This document shows, one piece after another, positions 23,256 to 34,790 of a stretch of 64,000 bases of DNA (the first letter of the stretch is position 1; every line of letters starts with the position of its first letter). A program made the position numbers and the translations under genes. Source of the DNA: Selaginella moellendorffii. Taxonomy: Eukaryota > Plantae > Lycopodiophyta. The notes beneath the pieces are model-generated. The model did no database searches. It saw nothing but the letters and a program-made list of their open reading frames with translations, and was not told where the DNA came from. Where the stretch lies: the NCBI RefSeq assembly GCF_000143415.4, contig NW_003314292.1, forward strand, positions 1,123,498 to 1,187,497. Direction: 5' to 3'.

Positions 23256-26200
23256 ATGGTAAGTCTTTTAGGCCAAGTAGAAAATGGCATGAGGCCACAT
23301 GCCATTCAGTAGCAACATTGGCATGCACCGATTGGGCTCTCGAGTGCAGTCTGGTTACAGATGGCGTGTAGCCTCACGCCATCTTAGGATGCAGCCTCAA
23401 GACATCTGATGCAGTGGTGAATGGCGTGTGGCCTCACGTTATTTCCAGCTGCTAGCTTTTCATCTATCAGCTCTAATTGTTGTGCATTTCTGAACAGGCG
23501 AGGAATTGCGTTCTTCTTCCAACCATTGTCAATGTGGATGCAGAGAAGGGGGAGGAGCTCACCAGTTGGACTTTTGGGATGGAAGGCGAGGATCTGAGGC
23601 TGTACAACACAGATGGTGGGAGAAAAGAATGCATGGGGATCCTCATCCAAGTGATAGACACTCCATGCAGTTCCATGCAAGAATATGGACTGGCACTTGT
23701 GGTAGAGACAGCGTCTGCCTTCAAGATCCACCTTGCACATCCTAGCGGCTTCCCAGAGGGGGGCAGTGGCTATGAGGAATTCCTAGAGGGAGCTAGGGAG
23801 AGGTTGTCCAGGAGGCCCACAATTTCAAAGACGCTGCGGGTCTATGAAGATCACATAGAATCCACGGACCTCACCTACGGCGATGTTCAAAAACTATATT
23901 CCAACATTGAGCCGTTGAGAGTGCCTCCATTTCGCGAAGCGAAGGGGAAGGGGGTCGATCTGGAAACTACCCCGAAGCAGAAAAGGGTGGTCAAGCTCAA
24001 GCCGACGTCCGACTCTCCTCCAAAAAAGAAGCTACTCGGTGATGCCATTGCCTTGGGTTCGAACACTACACCCACCAAAAAGAAGAGCCGCAAAGAGCAG
24101 AAAGAGCAAGAAGAGGTAGCAAAAATCGTCGCAGATAATAGTACTTGTTACTATTCCAACAAAGTATATACAATCGACGTGAGCCGTATCGACATCCAAA
24201 GCAAATACAACCACAGGCTAGTATCTGATGAGTGGGTGGAGAAACTGAAGCAGAAGATGCTGGCAAGTCCAGTAACACCCGACATCGCAAATGTGATCCC
24301 CTACTACCAAACAATGAAGGGCGAGACGAGGTTTCCAGACTTGATCAATAGGAAGGTGTTGGACAATCAGAACATCCGATTCTATGCCGTCTCCGGACAG
24401 CATTCTAGCTTGGCGATGCAAGAGATAGTTGTGGATATTATGGTGGGTGAGGAGGTGAAGAAAGTCTTCAAGACAAGAGTTGTCCGCCTGATAAAAGGCA
24501 ACTCGCCCCTCCGATCTATCATATACATCTCCCACGCGCAGAATGTCAAGCAAGAAACGTGCTACAAATCGGGTCTGCACGAGACATTGGCACGAACACG
24601 GAAGCTCTGGGTTCAACTGAAGAAGCCACAAAAACCAGGACAAGGACGTGCACTAGCAACTAGCGCCTGGCAGGTAAGCCTCGTTGCATGTGGCATAGCA
24701 TGTGGCCTCACGCCATTTCCATTGCAGGAATTCTCGAGTCTTCTCTCGAAAACACTGGGGGTCAATGACACACTCAGCATCCATAACATTCTACTCGTGA
24801 CAAAAGTTGTTTTTGACAAATGAGTAGATGTGCTGAGGAGGTACCATGACGGGGAGTTACTAAACTCAATGGGTGTGAAGGACGGCCGGAAGCCCAATGA
24901 TTTGAAGCTCAACGCCTTGCGTTTCTCGCAGTCTCTAGACGACGACGACCTTCTGACAGTGGCTAATGCTCTTCTACGTGGTGAGGTAGTCTTCAACAAG
25001 ACCAAAATGACTCCTGGCCATATTGTGACATACGAGGACTTGTGCACGACTTTGAGAGCTCGTGCGCTATTGAAGGATTGGATCTTCGAGCAAGTGGCCG
25101 TGGAGAGGGTGAGTATCGACACCACGCAAGAGATGATGGAAGCGCTGGATTTGTCAAATGAAGACATCGACGAGTACGTGAAGGGGGCCCCCAAGTTCAT
25201 CGATCTGCTGCGGGATGCCACGAAAAGTAAAGCTGAGAAGTTGGATCAGTATCCAAATTTCATTAAGAGTGATGTCGACCGCCGGCTTCAAAAACAGCTC
25301 GACCCCGCAGCAGAGGCCTATCAAGAACCTTACCGGGTATACTTGAATTCGGATGAGGATCAAAGGTGGAGGAGCATCGTTTCCCACGGAGATGAGCAGG
25401 TCAAGAACATCTTTTGTGTGATGGACTTCACAAACAAGGAGATCACTCATGCAGACGAAGTCAGCTCCATCATTGACTTAATGGTGGGACTTGCGGAGGT
25501 GGAATCTTCAGTCCACTATATGATCTACGACTCCGAATCCTATCACAAGTTCTGGAAGGCCTTGAACGAGGTGAAGGCTCGGTTGAAAGGCAAGGAGATG
25601 CGGGAGATCCATGGGATAATGGCTAAGAAGAAGATACCGACGAATGTCCGCATCTTCACACTCGCCCTTGTTATTGGTCCTGCAACAGAGTGGGACTGGA
25701 GTGACTTCCCAGCTTCGTTCGACAAGGCCGATCGAATTGATCTGAGGGAGGTCAATTTACCCGTGCCTGAGGAACTGAAGACAGCTATGGAGCTTTCGAA
25801 TCCAAAGAAAGCTCTAGGTGTAGCATGGGAAATGCTCAGCTGGGTCTTCAACGCAATAGCGGGTGGGTCACCTGCTTCCAACTCCAAGGGCAAATGCGTT
25901 GTCGAGTACAACTGCGGTGGACTATTCTTTCGAGCCGCACTACTCAAGGGTGTCCCGTGTGTTGCGGTGACAAACTCCATTGAAGAGGTGACTTCAATGG
26001 AGCATATAATTACAGTTGCCAAAGAAAAACAGTATCTTCTCTGCGAACCTGGTGAGTATGCACTTTAAGTTTAAATGTTATCTCACAAGCTCTGTATGCA
26101 GGAGCGTGGCCACCCCCAGATGCTGAAACGGCGTTAACAGCTACTATTGAAGATACCCATGTTGGGCCGAGCTCACAACCTGCACAAGGTAAGGTCACGT

Positions 26201-28868
26201 GAGGCCTCACGCCATTTTGATTATAGATCGTTGTGAATATTCAGACACGAGGACTGAAAAGTGCACTGGTGGCGCGTCGAAGAAGGACAAACAGACAAGC
26301 AACAAGGAGGTACAAATTATATTTGCAATGGCATGTGGTCTCATGCCATTCCTTGCAGGAGACACTTCTTCAAAGGCAAAACAGGCAAGCACCAGCCAAG
26401 CTCAAACTGACAGTGGTCATAAAAAGCGAAAGCACGTTGGACAGTCGTCGGGATCAGAGGCGTTTGATTCGAAAAGGAAGAAGGGCAACGAAAAGATGAT
26501 AGGTAATGCCTCGCGGTTATGGTGTGTGTGCTCATGCCATTCATTGCAGATCAAGGGCTGAGTGAAAGCAGGCAGTCACCACCTCCTGACTCAGATTCCT
26601 ATGGCGAACTCCCCTTCCCCAATCTCAATGGAGAGGTACAATGGATGAGGGATGCTTTTCAAGTCAGGGCCACGTTTTTCTCATCTCGTCGTCTTCGAAG
26701 GGTGTAAGAACGTGCAGAAACCATGTTAAGACAGTCGGGTGAGGATACGGTCCTAGGTCACGCACTAAAACAGGCTATGGATGTCTTGTATTTTGAGATG
26801 GAGACTCGGCCAGATGATTTTCCCAAGATGGTCCTGGAAGAACAAGCCATCCAGCCTGAGCAGCCTATGGAAGAAATGCAGGAGGGGGATGAGGAGCCAG
26901 AGAAAGATAATGAGCAGGAAGAGCAGAAGGACGAAGAGGAGGACAAAGAAGAGGAGGACGAAGAAGAGGAGGACAAAGAGGACTTGGATGGTCCTCACAA
27001 TGGTGACGATCACAATAACGACGACGACAATGATGACGACGATGGCCAGCCTGAGGTGGCCAAAGAGCAGCGGAGGAAGGTCATACAAGACAAACCATCA
27101 GGTAAATAATAGTACATCCATTCCTAACCTTTTACCATTTCTAACATTGTCCATGTAGGTCGCAGAGCAAATAGTAAGTAGAGATTATTCAGTTGAATTT
27201 ACAAACTCTAGCATTTAGTGTCGAGGAAGGATAGTGCCAAGCAAGGGTCGAAACGTATGTCCAATCCTTCAGAATCAGCAGTGCGCCCAAGTGATATTGG
27301 TCCTAGTTCCTCAATAGTAGTTGATGGTAAATACAGTATAGTCGATTCAATGTGCTAATGAGTTTGTTTTTAGTAGCACGGGAGGATACCATCTCAATCG
27401 AAGGGAGATATTTGGACATGCATATGGATCCGCCAGTGGACTCTACTTGCCTGCAAGAGTCATCAGAGCTGGTGGAGGCTACTATCCATATCAACGCCAA
27501 GCAAGCTGACCACGCTCCACTTGATGCTGCCCATACCACTGAGTCAATCTTGTCCACGTATCCAACTGACAGTGACCAGGCGCCATTGGACCCGCATGAG
27601 GCCGCCCCAGCCGCCGAGCCGGTCGTATCCTCATTTCCAACGGACTCAACGTGTGCCCAATCGTCTGACTACACGCCGTTGGAACCTCCCTACACCGCCC
27701 CTGCTACATGTTCGGTCATGTCCACTTTGCCAACGGAGGCACCAGCTGAAATGGCGTGTGATCACACGCCATCGGAACCACCCCATGCCACTGTTGAGCT
27801 AGTTGTACCAGAGTCTACAGCTGAAATGGCATGTGCCCACACGCCATCGGATGCGATTGACCCCACATTGCAGAGGAGAGTATTTCCGCCCTTCACGTTT
27901 CCTCGACCAAAACCCTCTCAACGACCATCGGGAGCACCATTCGCTAATATTGTAGATGGTAAAATTGACTTGTACCATTTTTTATGCTGACGCATTTCAT
28001 TTCAGAGTCACGGCGAAGGTACTGTATCGTTTTTGATCTGAACGGTGTCCTTTTCTCCCATGAGCGTGGCTCGTCCTCGAATGTCACTGCACCCTCCAAA
28101 GCCTGCGGTCGCAAGTTGGTCAAAAGAGACAGATTCACATTAATCACACGGGAGAAACTGCGGGATCTAATAATGACCATGTGACACTTAAAACAGAGGG
28201 CCGGGTTCAATTTGCAATTGGGAGTTTGGACATCCATGATGCGCCACAATGCATTAACGTTGCTACAGATGATGCACAATCAAACGCGAGTAATATTACC
28301 ATTTGACTTTCTCCTAACACAGGAGGATTGCTTGACTATGGTCCATGTGAGGGGTAGCAAGCCCATCTTCGTCAAGCCAGAGGCTGTAGTGATGAACCAG
28401 ACTGCTAGGTCAAGTGAAATCCTCATCATCGATGACTCGCCGGTTAAAACTGCAACGAACACGCACACATATGCAGTGCACCCCATCTCTTGCAGTATGG
28501 AAACTAGGGAGAAGAAACCGTATGTTCTGGGGGACCTTGCAAAACGGCTTGGAGCGATGGTGATAGAGAACCGGCTAGTCCAGAAGGTGGCTGCAGAAAT
28601 CAACCAAATGGCAGATGGAACGGTATATCAGAAGCCATTTGATCGGACAGACACCAGTCATCATTTATGGCATGTATATTGTCTAGCCAAGCACTATCCG
28701 CATCTCCATAATCTGCTCAACCGGATGGGTTCTTCGACCACTGAACATGAGCGTGGACGTATTAGAGAAGAGATGGCATTACTATTGGGTTTAAATCCTG
28801 ATAGTGTGGAGAGTGATGAAATTCCAAGATTATTGTATAGGCGTTGGAGGCAAAAAATAACAGTCTGA
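23256..28868 (+). pseudogene. Multi-exon transposon cargo gene: ParB/Srx-like + degenerate beta-class amino-MTase-like + acidic linker + FCP1/NIF-type HAD phosphatase
   Basis: ATG|GTAAGT at 23256; acceptor at 23497; intron 24674-24727; further GT-AG introns at ~26052, 26189, 26310, 26503, 27102 and 27959; motifs R.VSDEWVEKL...FYAVSGQHSSLA, GKCVVEYNCGGLFFRAALLKGVPCVAV, CIVFDLNGVL/VWTS/LIIDDSPVK; in-frame TGA at 24821 and 28182. Confidence 0.7.
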
Positions 28869-29758
28869 GATGGCATGTATTTATTTAAAAATGTAACTTA
28901 TTATGGCATGGGGTTCCATGCCATTGTATTAATATTAAAAGACAATTCTTTGAGAGGATTTGCATTATACTAGAAGTGTTACAGCATGTTATTGGAAGTC
29001 TACGAAGTTGTTTTATTAATAAGGGGAAAGTAAAAATTGAATGGGGACTTGGGCTCCACCTAGACTCAGAGCAACTGAGCCAATATTAAAAGGATGGAAA
29101 GAAATTGGACGACGATGACAAGGAGAAGAGAGAGGTGAAGCAGTGGCAAGGGGAGGAGAAGTGATTGAGTAGACATTTCCTTGTTTAAAATAAAATGGCA
29201 TGTGCCTCAATGCAGTTGAATTTTGTTATATTTATATACTATATAAAGGTTTGGAAACCTTATTTTACAAGTGGGATAATGACAATTCCCACTTTAACGA
29301 AATAGAGCTTTTATGTAAATACTCGTAAAATTGTAGCATATCCCATGGTAGTAGTAAGTGGTGTCAAGTTGATCAAATGGATCAATCAAGCTATAGACCT
29401 CTATCTATATCTGTTTTGATGATGACAATGGACTTGGGAACAAGTTGCTACAAAAGACATATATGATAATAGTTTGTGACCACACCACCTCATGCTATCA
29501 TTGTACAGCCGGGCTGCAACATCTCCCATGCAAGAATGCCACAGCAGACTTCTCGATGAAGGATAAGGAGGAACACTGAGTCTGACCTGCCAGCCACAAT
29601 GCAAAACGTGCTTCTCCTGCAGCTCAGAGCCAACCTGCCTGCCACATAGGCATTGAGCTGGCCATCCAGGTGGCATGGATAAGGCACAGCTGCCACATGG
29701 AATATTTCTAGAGGTCTGGCCAGATATTCATGTCAATTGAGGCAATTCCTAAAGTATT

Positions 29759-29850
29759 CTCTTCAGGTACCTCAAGGACAAGAGCGATGGCGATCGAATT
29801 CGCTGGAATTTCACAAAGTTTTTGATCAATCGCACTGGTGTTCAATATTA
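29759..29850 (+). pseudogene. Glutathione peroxidase C-terminal fragment
   Basis: LFRYLKDKSDGDRIRWNFTKFLINRTG matches the GPX WNFxKFL signature; rest of gene not seen. Confidence 0.65.
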
Positions 29851-30034
29851 TGTACCATAGGTTGTTATACCTTCCCACGAGCTCCACAAGGGTCTATGTA
29901 CGAACTGTTGTTTGTTCTAAATTTTCAGATTTTCCTTGTTAATTAATGCATTAAGGCATTCTGGAGTTCTCCGTAAGTATGTGGCCACAAGAAGGATATA
30001 TAAGAATGCAGCAGCAAGTGAAAATCATAACACA

Positions 30035-30766
30035 ATGGCTTCCTGTCTCTCTTTCTACTTTGCTCTTACTGTTCTTCTGGCCACTGTGGTGGATGCTTCG
30101 AATTCCATTTCTTCGACATCAGATGAGAATGCGGACATCTCTAAGTCACTGGTTGCATGGTGGAAGCTGGATGAGAAGATAGGCCATCTGGTCGCAGACT
30201 CGTCTGGGAACAAGGCAACTGGGCTTGTGGAGCAGGCCGGGTCCCAACTTGCTCACACAACTGATGGTATTGTGTTTGATGGTGCAACATACATTTCCAT
30301 GGGCACCACGCCCTCTCTCTCTGGGCAGACTGATTTTGCTGTTCATGCTTGGGTGAAGGTCCCACCCCGCATCAAGCAGGAACTGTGCATCATCCAGCAA
30401 CGCTCTGATCATATCTATGGTGAGTGGTGGCTATGGATCCGCAATGGCAGTCTATGGTTTACGGTGTACAATGATGAGTTCCAGTTCAGAATTGAGGGAA
30501 CAGTGCCAGTCACTGATGGAACTTGGCACCATGTTGCTGGAGTCCGAAATGGCACTGTTGGGTCTATCTACGTTGATTCTAAACTTGATAAGTCACAGAA
30601 CGGCTCCAAGATAGTCAAGCTCAATTCCAGCCTACCTGTCTTCATTGGTTATGACCCCCGTGACAACAAACGCTACTTTCATGGTGAACTCAAGGAGGTT
30701 CAGATCTTCAGTGCTGCTGTTGTGCCTGTGGGCTTCAACCCAATCTCTAGCTATGGAATCATGTAA
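30035..30766 (+). CDS. Secreted LamG-like / concanavalin A-like jellyroll protein, intronless
   Basis: Signal peptide MASCLSFYFALTVLLATVVDAS; LVAWWKLDE...DSSGN, FDG, AWVK, DGTWHHVAGV, IYVD, YFHGELKEVQIF. Confidence 0.85.
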   Translation: MASCLSFYFALTVLLATVVDASNSISSTSDENADISKSLVAWWKLDEKIGHLVADSSGNKATGLVEQAGSQLAHTTDGIVFDGATYISMGTTPSLSGQTDFAVHAWVKVPPRIKQELCIIQQRSDHIYGEWWLWIRNGSLWFTVYNDEFQFRIEGTVPVTDGTWHHVAGVRNGTVGSIYVDSKLDKSQNGSKIVKLNSSLPVFIGYDPRDNKRYFHGELKEVQIFSAAVVPVGFNPISSYGIM

Positions 30767-32314
30767 GCTTATGCTCCTCTGACATGGATTCATATACGTA
30801 AATAAAGAGGAGCTGGTTTGTTATATTCTATGAAGTATGGCGTGTTTCTTATGAATTGAATGTAGAATATACATTTCTCTAGTGTCCATAGTTCCACAAT
30901 CCAACAAAGATGGATGGACAGAATGGCAGCATTCAACATGCGTGGCAGTGCTTCGCCAGAATTCAGCAGCTGACTGTTGTTTCAGGGAATGGCATGCTCG
31001 TAGCGCTTGCCTGGAATGGGCACTTGCAGCAGGCAATGATGCAACTGCAATGCCTGGACAACAGTATTATCGATCTAATCGCTGTATAGGTACTTTGAGG
31101 GGCGTTTTAGACTCCATATAGAACAGTTTCAGAAGATGCATGTGAGAAATGTGTATCTTGGAATGCCATCATCTGACAGAGCGGCATTTTCATGGCTAAG
31201 GTGGTCTTAAATTTTAATTCTTGCATTTGTTGTTTTAAAACAAATTTGTGTTATATCATGTCAATACTGAATTTAAACCTCTGGTCACTCTTGGGCCTTA
31301 TTACCCTTGGAGGGCCTCCGTGCTAACATTGTATCGATATAATTTTTCAAGTTTTATGTACTAAGCAGCTTTATTTTATTCTAAAAATGAAAAATAAAAT
31401 AAAAAACAGAGAAAAAAAACTTTATCATCTCTTGCTGGGTTGCTTGTTGTCGTTGTTGATCTGGAGGAGGTTCTTATTTTATATAGTAGAATTGATGTTT
31501 TTTTTTTACAATGTTGGCCATATTGAACACAACTACTTAACAGTCCTCTAAATTTTTATGGCACATTTATAATAAATAGTAATAGTTTAATTTCTTCTAA
31601 TAATAAATTTCGAGCCAAATTAGAAAATTGTAATTTTGTTATTGATGATATTGAAACAATCAAAAGTATATGGTCTACAATATCAGAAAGATCAAATATA
31701 TTTTGTTATCTTCATCTTCAACTAGATGGTCATTTACTTATAATAGATAATAACAATAATATTATATGGAAAAATAATATATTTTGCTCAAAATGCATAA
31801 TATTTGCAATTTTAAAAATAGAAGATACTGGACAATTAATAGTAACATTTTATGATTTTTTTAAAGAAGATAATGTGGAGGAATAATAATCTTAATTAAA
31901 ATAATGTTTTCATTAATTTCTAGGTTAATTCTTATTTATATTGTATTTTTATTTATTTTTAATGTATTTTACATTATTAATAACAAGCATTTTATTGCTT
32001 TAGAGTCATCGTTGGTCATCTCCGAAAGATTCACTCTTCTTCTTGTGGCTCAATCCTCTATGTGCCACTGGTTCCAAGCAGCCACTGCACGACGAAGAAG
32101 GGGATCACACGCGCGATTGCTCCAAGCACTGTCCAAGGTAGGAGACAATCACAGCCCCTCCACCCTCTGCCTGTTGAGGCTAAGAGAACAATCAAGACCG
32201 CCAATCATATTGCTAGATCTACAGCCTTGGAACGATATGGTTATTTAAAATTCGTATAAGCTGCTAGATTATATGTACACCTGTGAGATTAAAATTTTAC
32301 GATGCAAAAGCTTA

Positions 32315-34790
32315 TTACTTATCATTAGCAAGATCATCGTCAAGAGCGTCCTGACCGACTTGGACCTCACCACACACCCCGTCTTCTTCCGAAAACGCAT
32401 CCAAATGAACCGTGGCTCCACTCTTTCGCTGCTGGGGCAGGCTCTTGTAGTTGAAGACTTTCTCTAGAACGTCCTTGAGGGTCGAGCAAAGAATAAGCTC
32501 CATTCCGTCCACCTTGACTCCTTTAGCACCCTGTGGGACGATGCATTTCTTGAAACCCAGCTTGGATGCCTCAAACAGTCGCCTTTCGAGTTGAGCTACC
32601 TGCATGGACGGAACTTCCAGCATTGAAAAGTGAGAAACCACGTAAGAACTTACAAAGCGCAGCTCTCCCCCGAGTCCTAGCTCACCAACGAAGACTGTGT
32701 CCCGAGGAACCGCAAGCAAGACGAAGCTCGTGAGTTGGTATGCCCAGCTAGTCGAGAGAAAGTACCTGCTGGCAATAGCGACGGCAACAGCAATATCTGT
32801 GGCGGGCTCTTCCAAACGAAAGCCTCCAACGACATTAACAAAAATATCCTAGAGCAGTATTTCAGCATAAGAACTTTTGCTATCACAAAGTACAGAACGC
32901 ACCCGTCTTGCAAGTCTCAAGCGCGCTTGTTTGAGTAAGACCTGGCATCACAGCGTCAAGCCTCACAAAAGTGGAGAATATTTATGGAGTGACTTACGGC
33001 AACAATCAGATTGAATCGAGATGGATCCACTCCAGTGAACGTTCTTTTACTTGGCAGTGAAGTGGCAGGAGAGCATAAGACCTGCAAAACGTGCGTTCAT
33101 GCCGGAGAAAACTTTAGCTTTTGATCGTTGTCAGATACGCTTCTCGGTTTTAAAGTCAGATCATGGCAAGTCAGAGAAACTGTTCTTGGCAGTCCAGCTC
33201 ACTCGAAACTCGGGAAATTCCAAAGAATCTACCACCAGTCTCTCGTTGAACCTGGAAAGCTAGAGCAGCCAGACAACGCTCAGATTTGGCTAAAAGTATC
33301 ATCATCCAACGTAAATCCTAGAAGTCGCTTACCTGGATTTCAACCAGCAGCGGCCGAGATCCTTCCAAAGCCACCCCAACGGTGGCTGACGCATTACTGT
33401 CCTCCCCAGTTCTATCAGAAAGAAACATCAAACTGGGATTTCTACCGCTCGTAAACCGCTGTCGACCATCTCAAACACGCCGACCTGTAATAAAGATAAA
33501 ACAGCCAGATTCAATTTAAAAGCAAATGCTGAAAGACAGTCACCTCTTTCGTAGAAGCGAAGCGATTTTTTAGCGATCTTAGAAGCCGTTGAGACAAAAG
33601 ACGGTCTCCCTAGAGACAAGAAATATATGGCAACCTCAAACGAACAAAGATAAAAACTCCAAGTGAAGACAAACATCAACCATGTGCTCCAATGTACGTG
33701 GCCCCGCTATTTCTCCAGATTTCGTTACATGCCCAATCTTTATATCGCCGAACATCTAATGCAAGAAAGAAAGAGAGCTTACCACCAGTGAAGATATCGA
33801 CAACCGTAGAGTAGACGAATTGAAGTCACAGTTTGCTCCAGGAGTAGGAAATGTTATCCCGGAGGGAAGGTTTACAGTCCAAGGAGGAGTTTTCAGGCTC
33901 TGAAAGGAAAGAGCTTAGTGAGACCAAAACTTTTACCATATGCTTACATCCAGGTTGAAAACATGCACAATGGGAAGACCATTTTGTCGTCTGTATAAGA
34001 TCAAATGCTTCGCAAAAATATCCATATCCTCTATCCAATTTTCGCTCTCGACTGGGACAACCTCCTAAAGTGTTTCATTTTTTGCTGTGAAAAAAACGAG
34101 AATTGACTTACCTCCCACGCCTTCGAGGTCAAGCTATCTGTCTTGCAGCGGACAAGCCGATAGTTGTTTCCTAGCGACGCTAGCTTCTTGTCGCCCAAAA
34201 AATTGGTAAGAATATACAGGTGCTCTTCATGGTGTTCCACGAAATACTGGATGCCATCAACTCTATCTGCAACTTTCCGCAACGTTGTGGCTGAAGTTTT
34301 CGGATCTACCAGAAAAACCAGGCTCGAGCAACACATTTGTGAAACGCAATTACCTCAGAGGACGTCTTCGAGTTGACATTAATCAAAACGTACTGCCATT
34401 TTTTGGTTCTTGTAACATCAACAAAGTTCTTTGGATTGTCGTCGTGATAAATTGCAATGTCATCATCTTAGACCGCAAGTTCTGCAACAAAACCCTGTCG
34501 AGATCGAGAAAAAATGATTCTAGAAGAAACTTCAAATAGAAACCTGTGAGGTCGATGTGCTGCATCACTACAAGTGTAGTAAAGATAGTCTCCAGTATCA
34601 GACCACTCCACACTTACTACACCATCGGTTTTGTGCTCCAGGAGGAGGCTATCAGTCTCCAAGTCTTTGACAAACAATGTGAAGATCTCGTTGCCACCCA
34701 AGTCGATTGTGTACGCTAACAGTTTGTGGTCTCTGGATAGCTTAAAAACTCCAAGCTGTGCATGGCCTACACTTGTGTAATTAGGAAGAA
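32315..34790 (-). pseudogene. Chimeric oligopeptidase B (propeller exons)-RadA/Sms (C-terminal) gene, 5'-truncated copy
   Basis: OpdB exons (DRVDGIQYFVEHHEEHLYILTN...SSTLRLSISSLV) spliced through a 45-nt intron (33738-33782) to Rad[51 protein letters not shown]. Confidence 0.8.

Larger units (their letters stand above)
16591..28924. repeat. Dispersed family of ~21 22-bp palindromes, consensus ATGGCRTG-N6(often WGGCCW)-CAYGCCAT
   Basis: Copies start at 16591, 16907, 16996, 18404, 18461, 20298, 20368, 20404, 20881 (perfect), 20979, 22493, 23284, 23361, 23421, 24695, 26194, 26328, 26519, 27751 (perfect), 27826 and 28903; none noticed outside the TIRs. Confidence 0.9.
16365..29310. mobile_element. 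~12.9-kb TIR DNA transposon (Sola-like DDD transposase plus cargo gene); spans an assembly gap
   Basis: 24-bp TIR AAGCTCTATTTCGTTAAAGTGGGA (16365-16388) / TCCCACTTTAACGAAATAGAGCTT (29287-29310); candidate 3-bp TSD TTA; the same 22-bp palindrome occurs on both sides of the gap. Confidence 0.8.

Noticed and set aside
16591-28924. Palindromic repeats as a CRISPR array or MITE family
   Set aside because: Spacing is irregular (tens of bp to kb), the intervening DNA is coding, there are no cas genes, and there are no TSDs around the 22-mers.
16365-29310. CACTA or PIF/Harbinger assignment
   Set aside because: No CACTA termini; despite the TTA flank, the transposase motifs (DN..xENKN, GHTHED) are not of the Harbinger type and no Myb/SANT partner is seen.
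30900-31200. Possible PPR fragment (VSWNAII-like)
   Set aside because: Too short and frameshifted to support a feature call.
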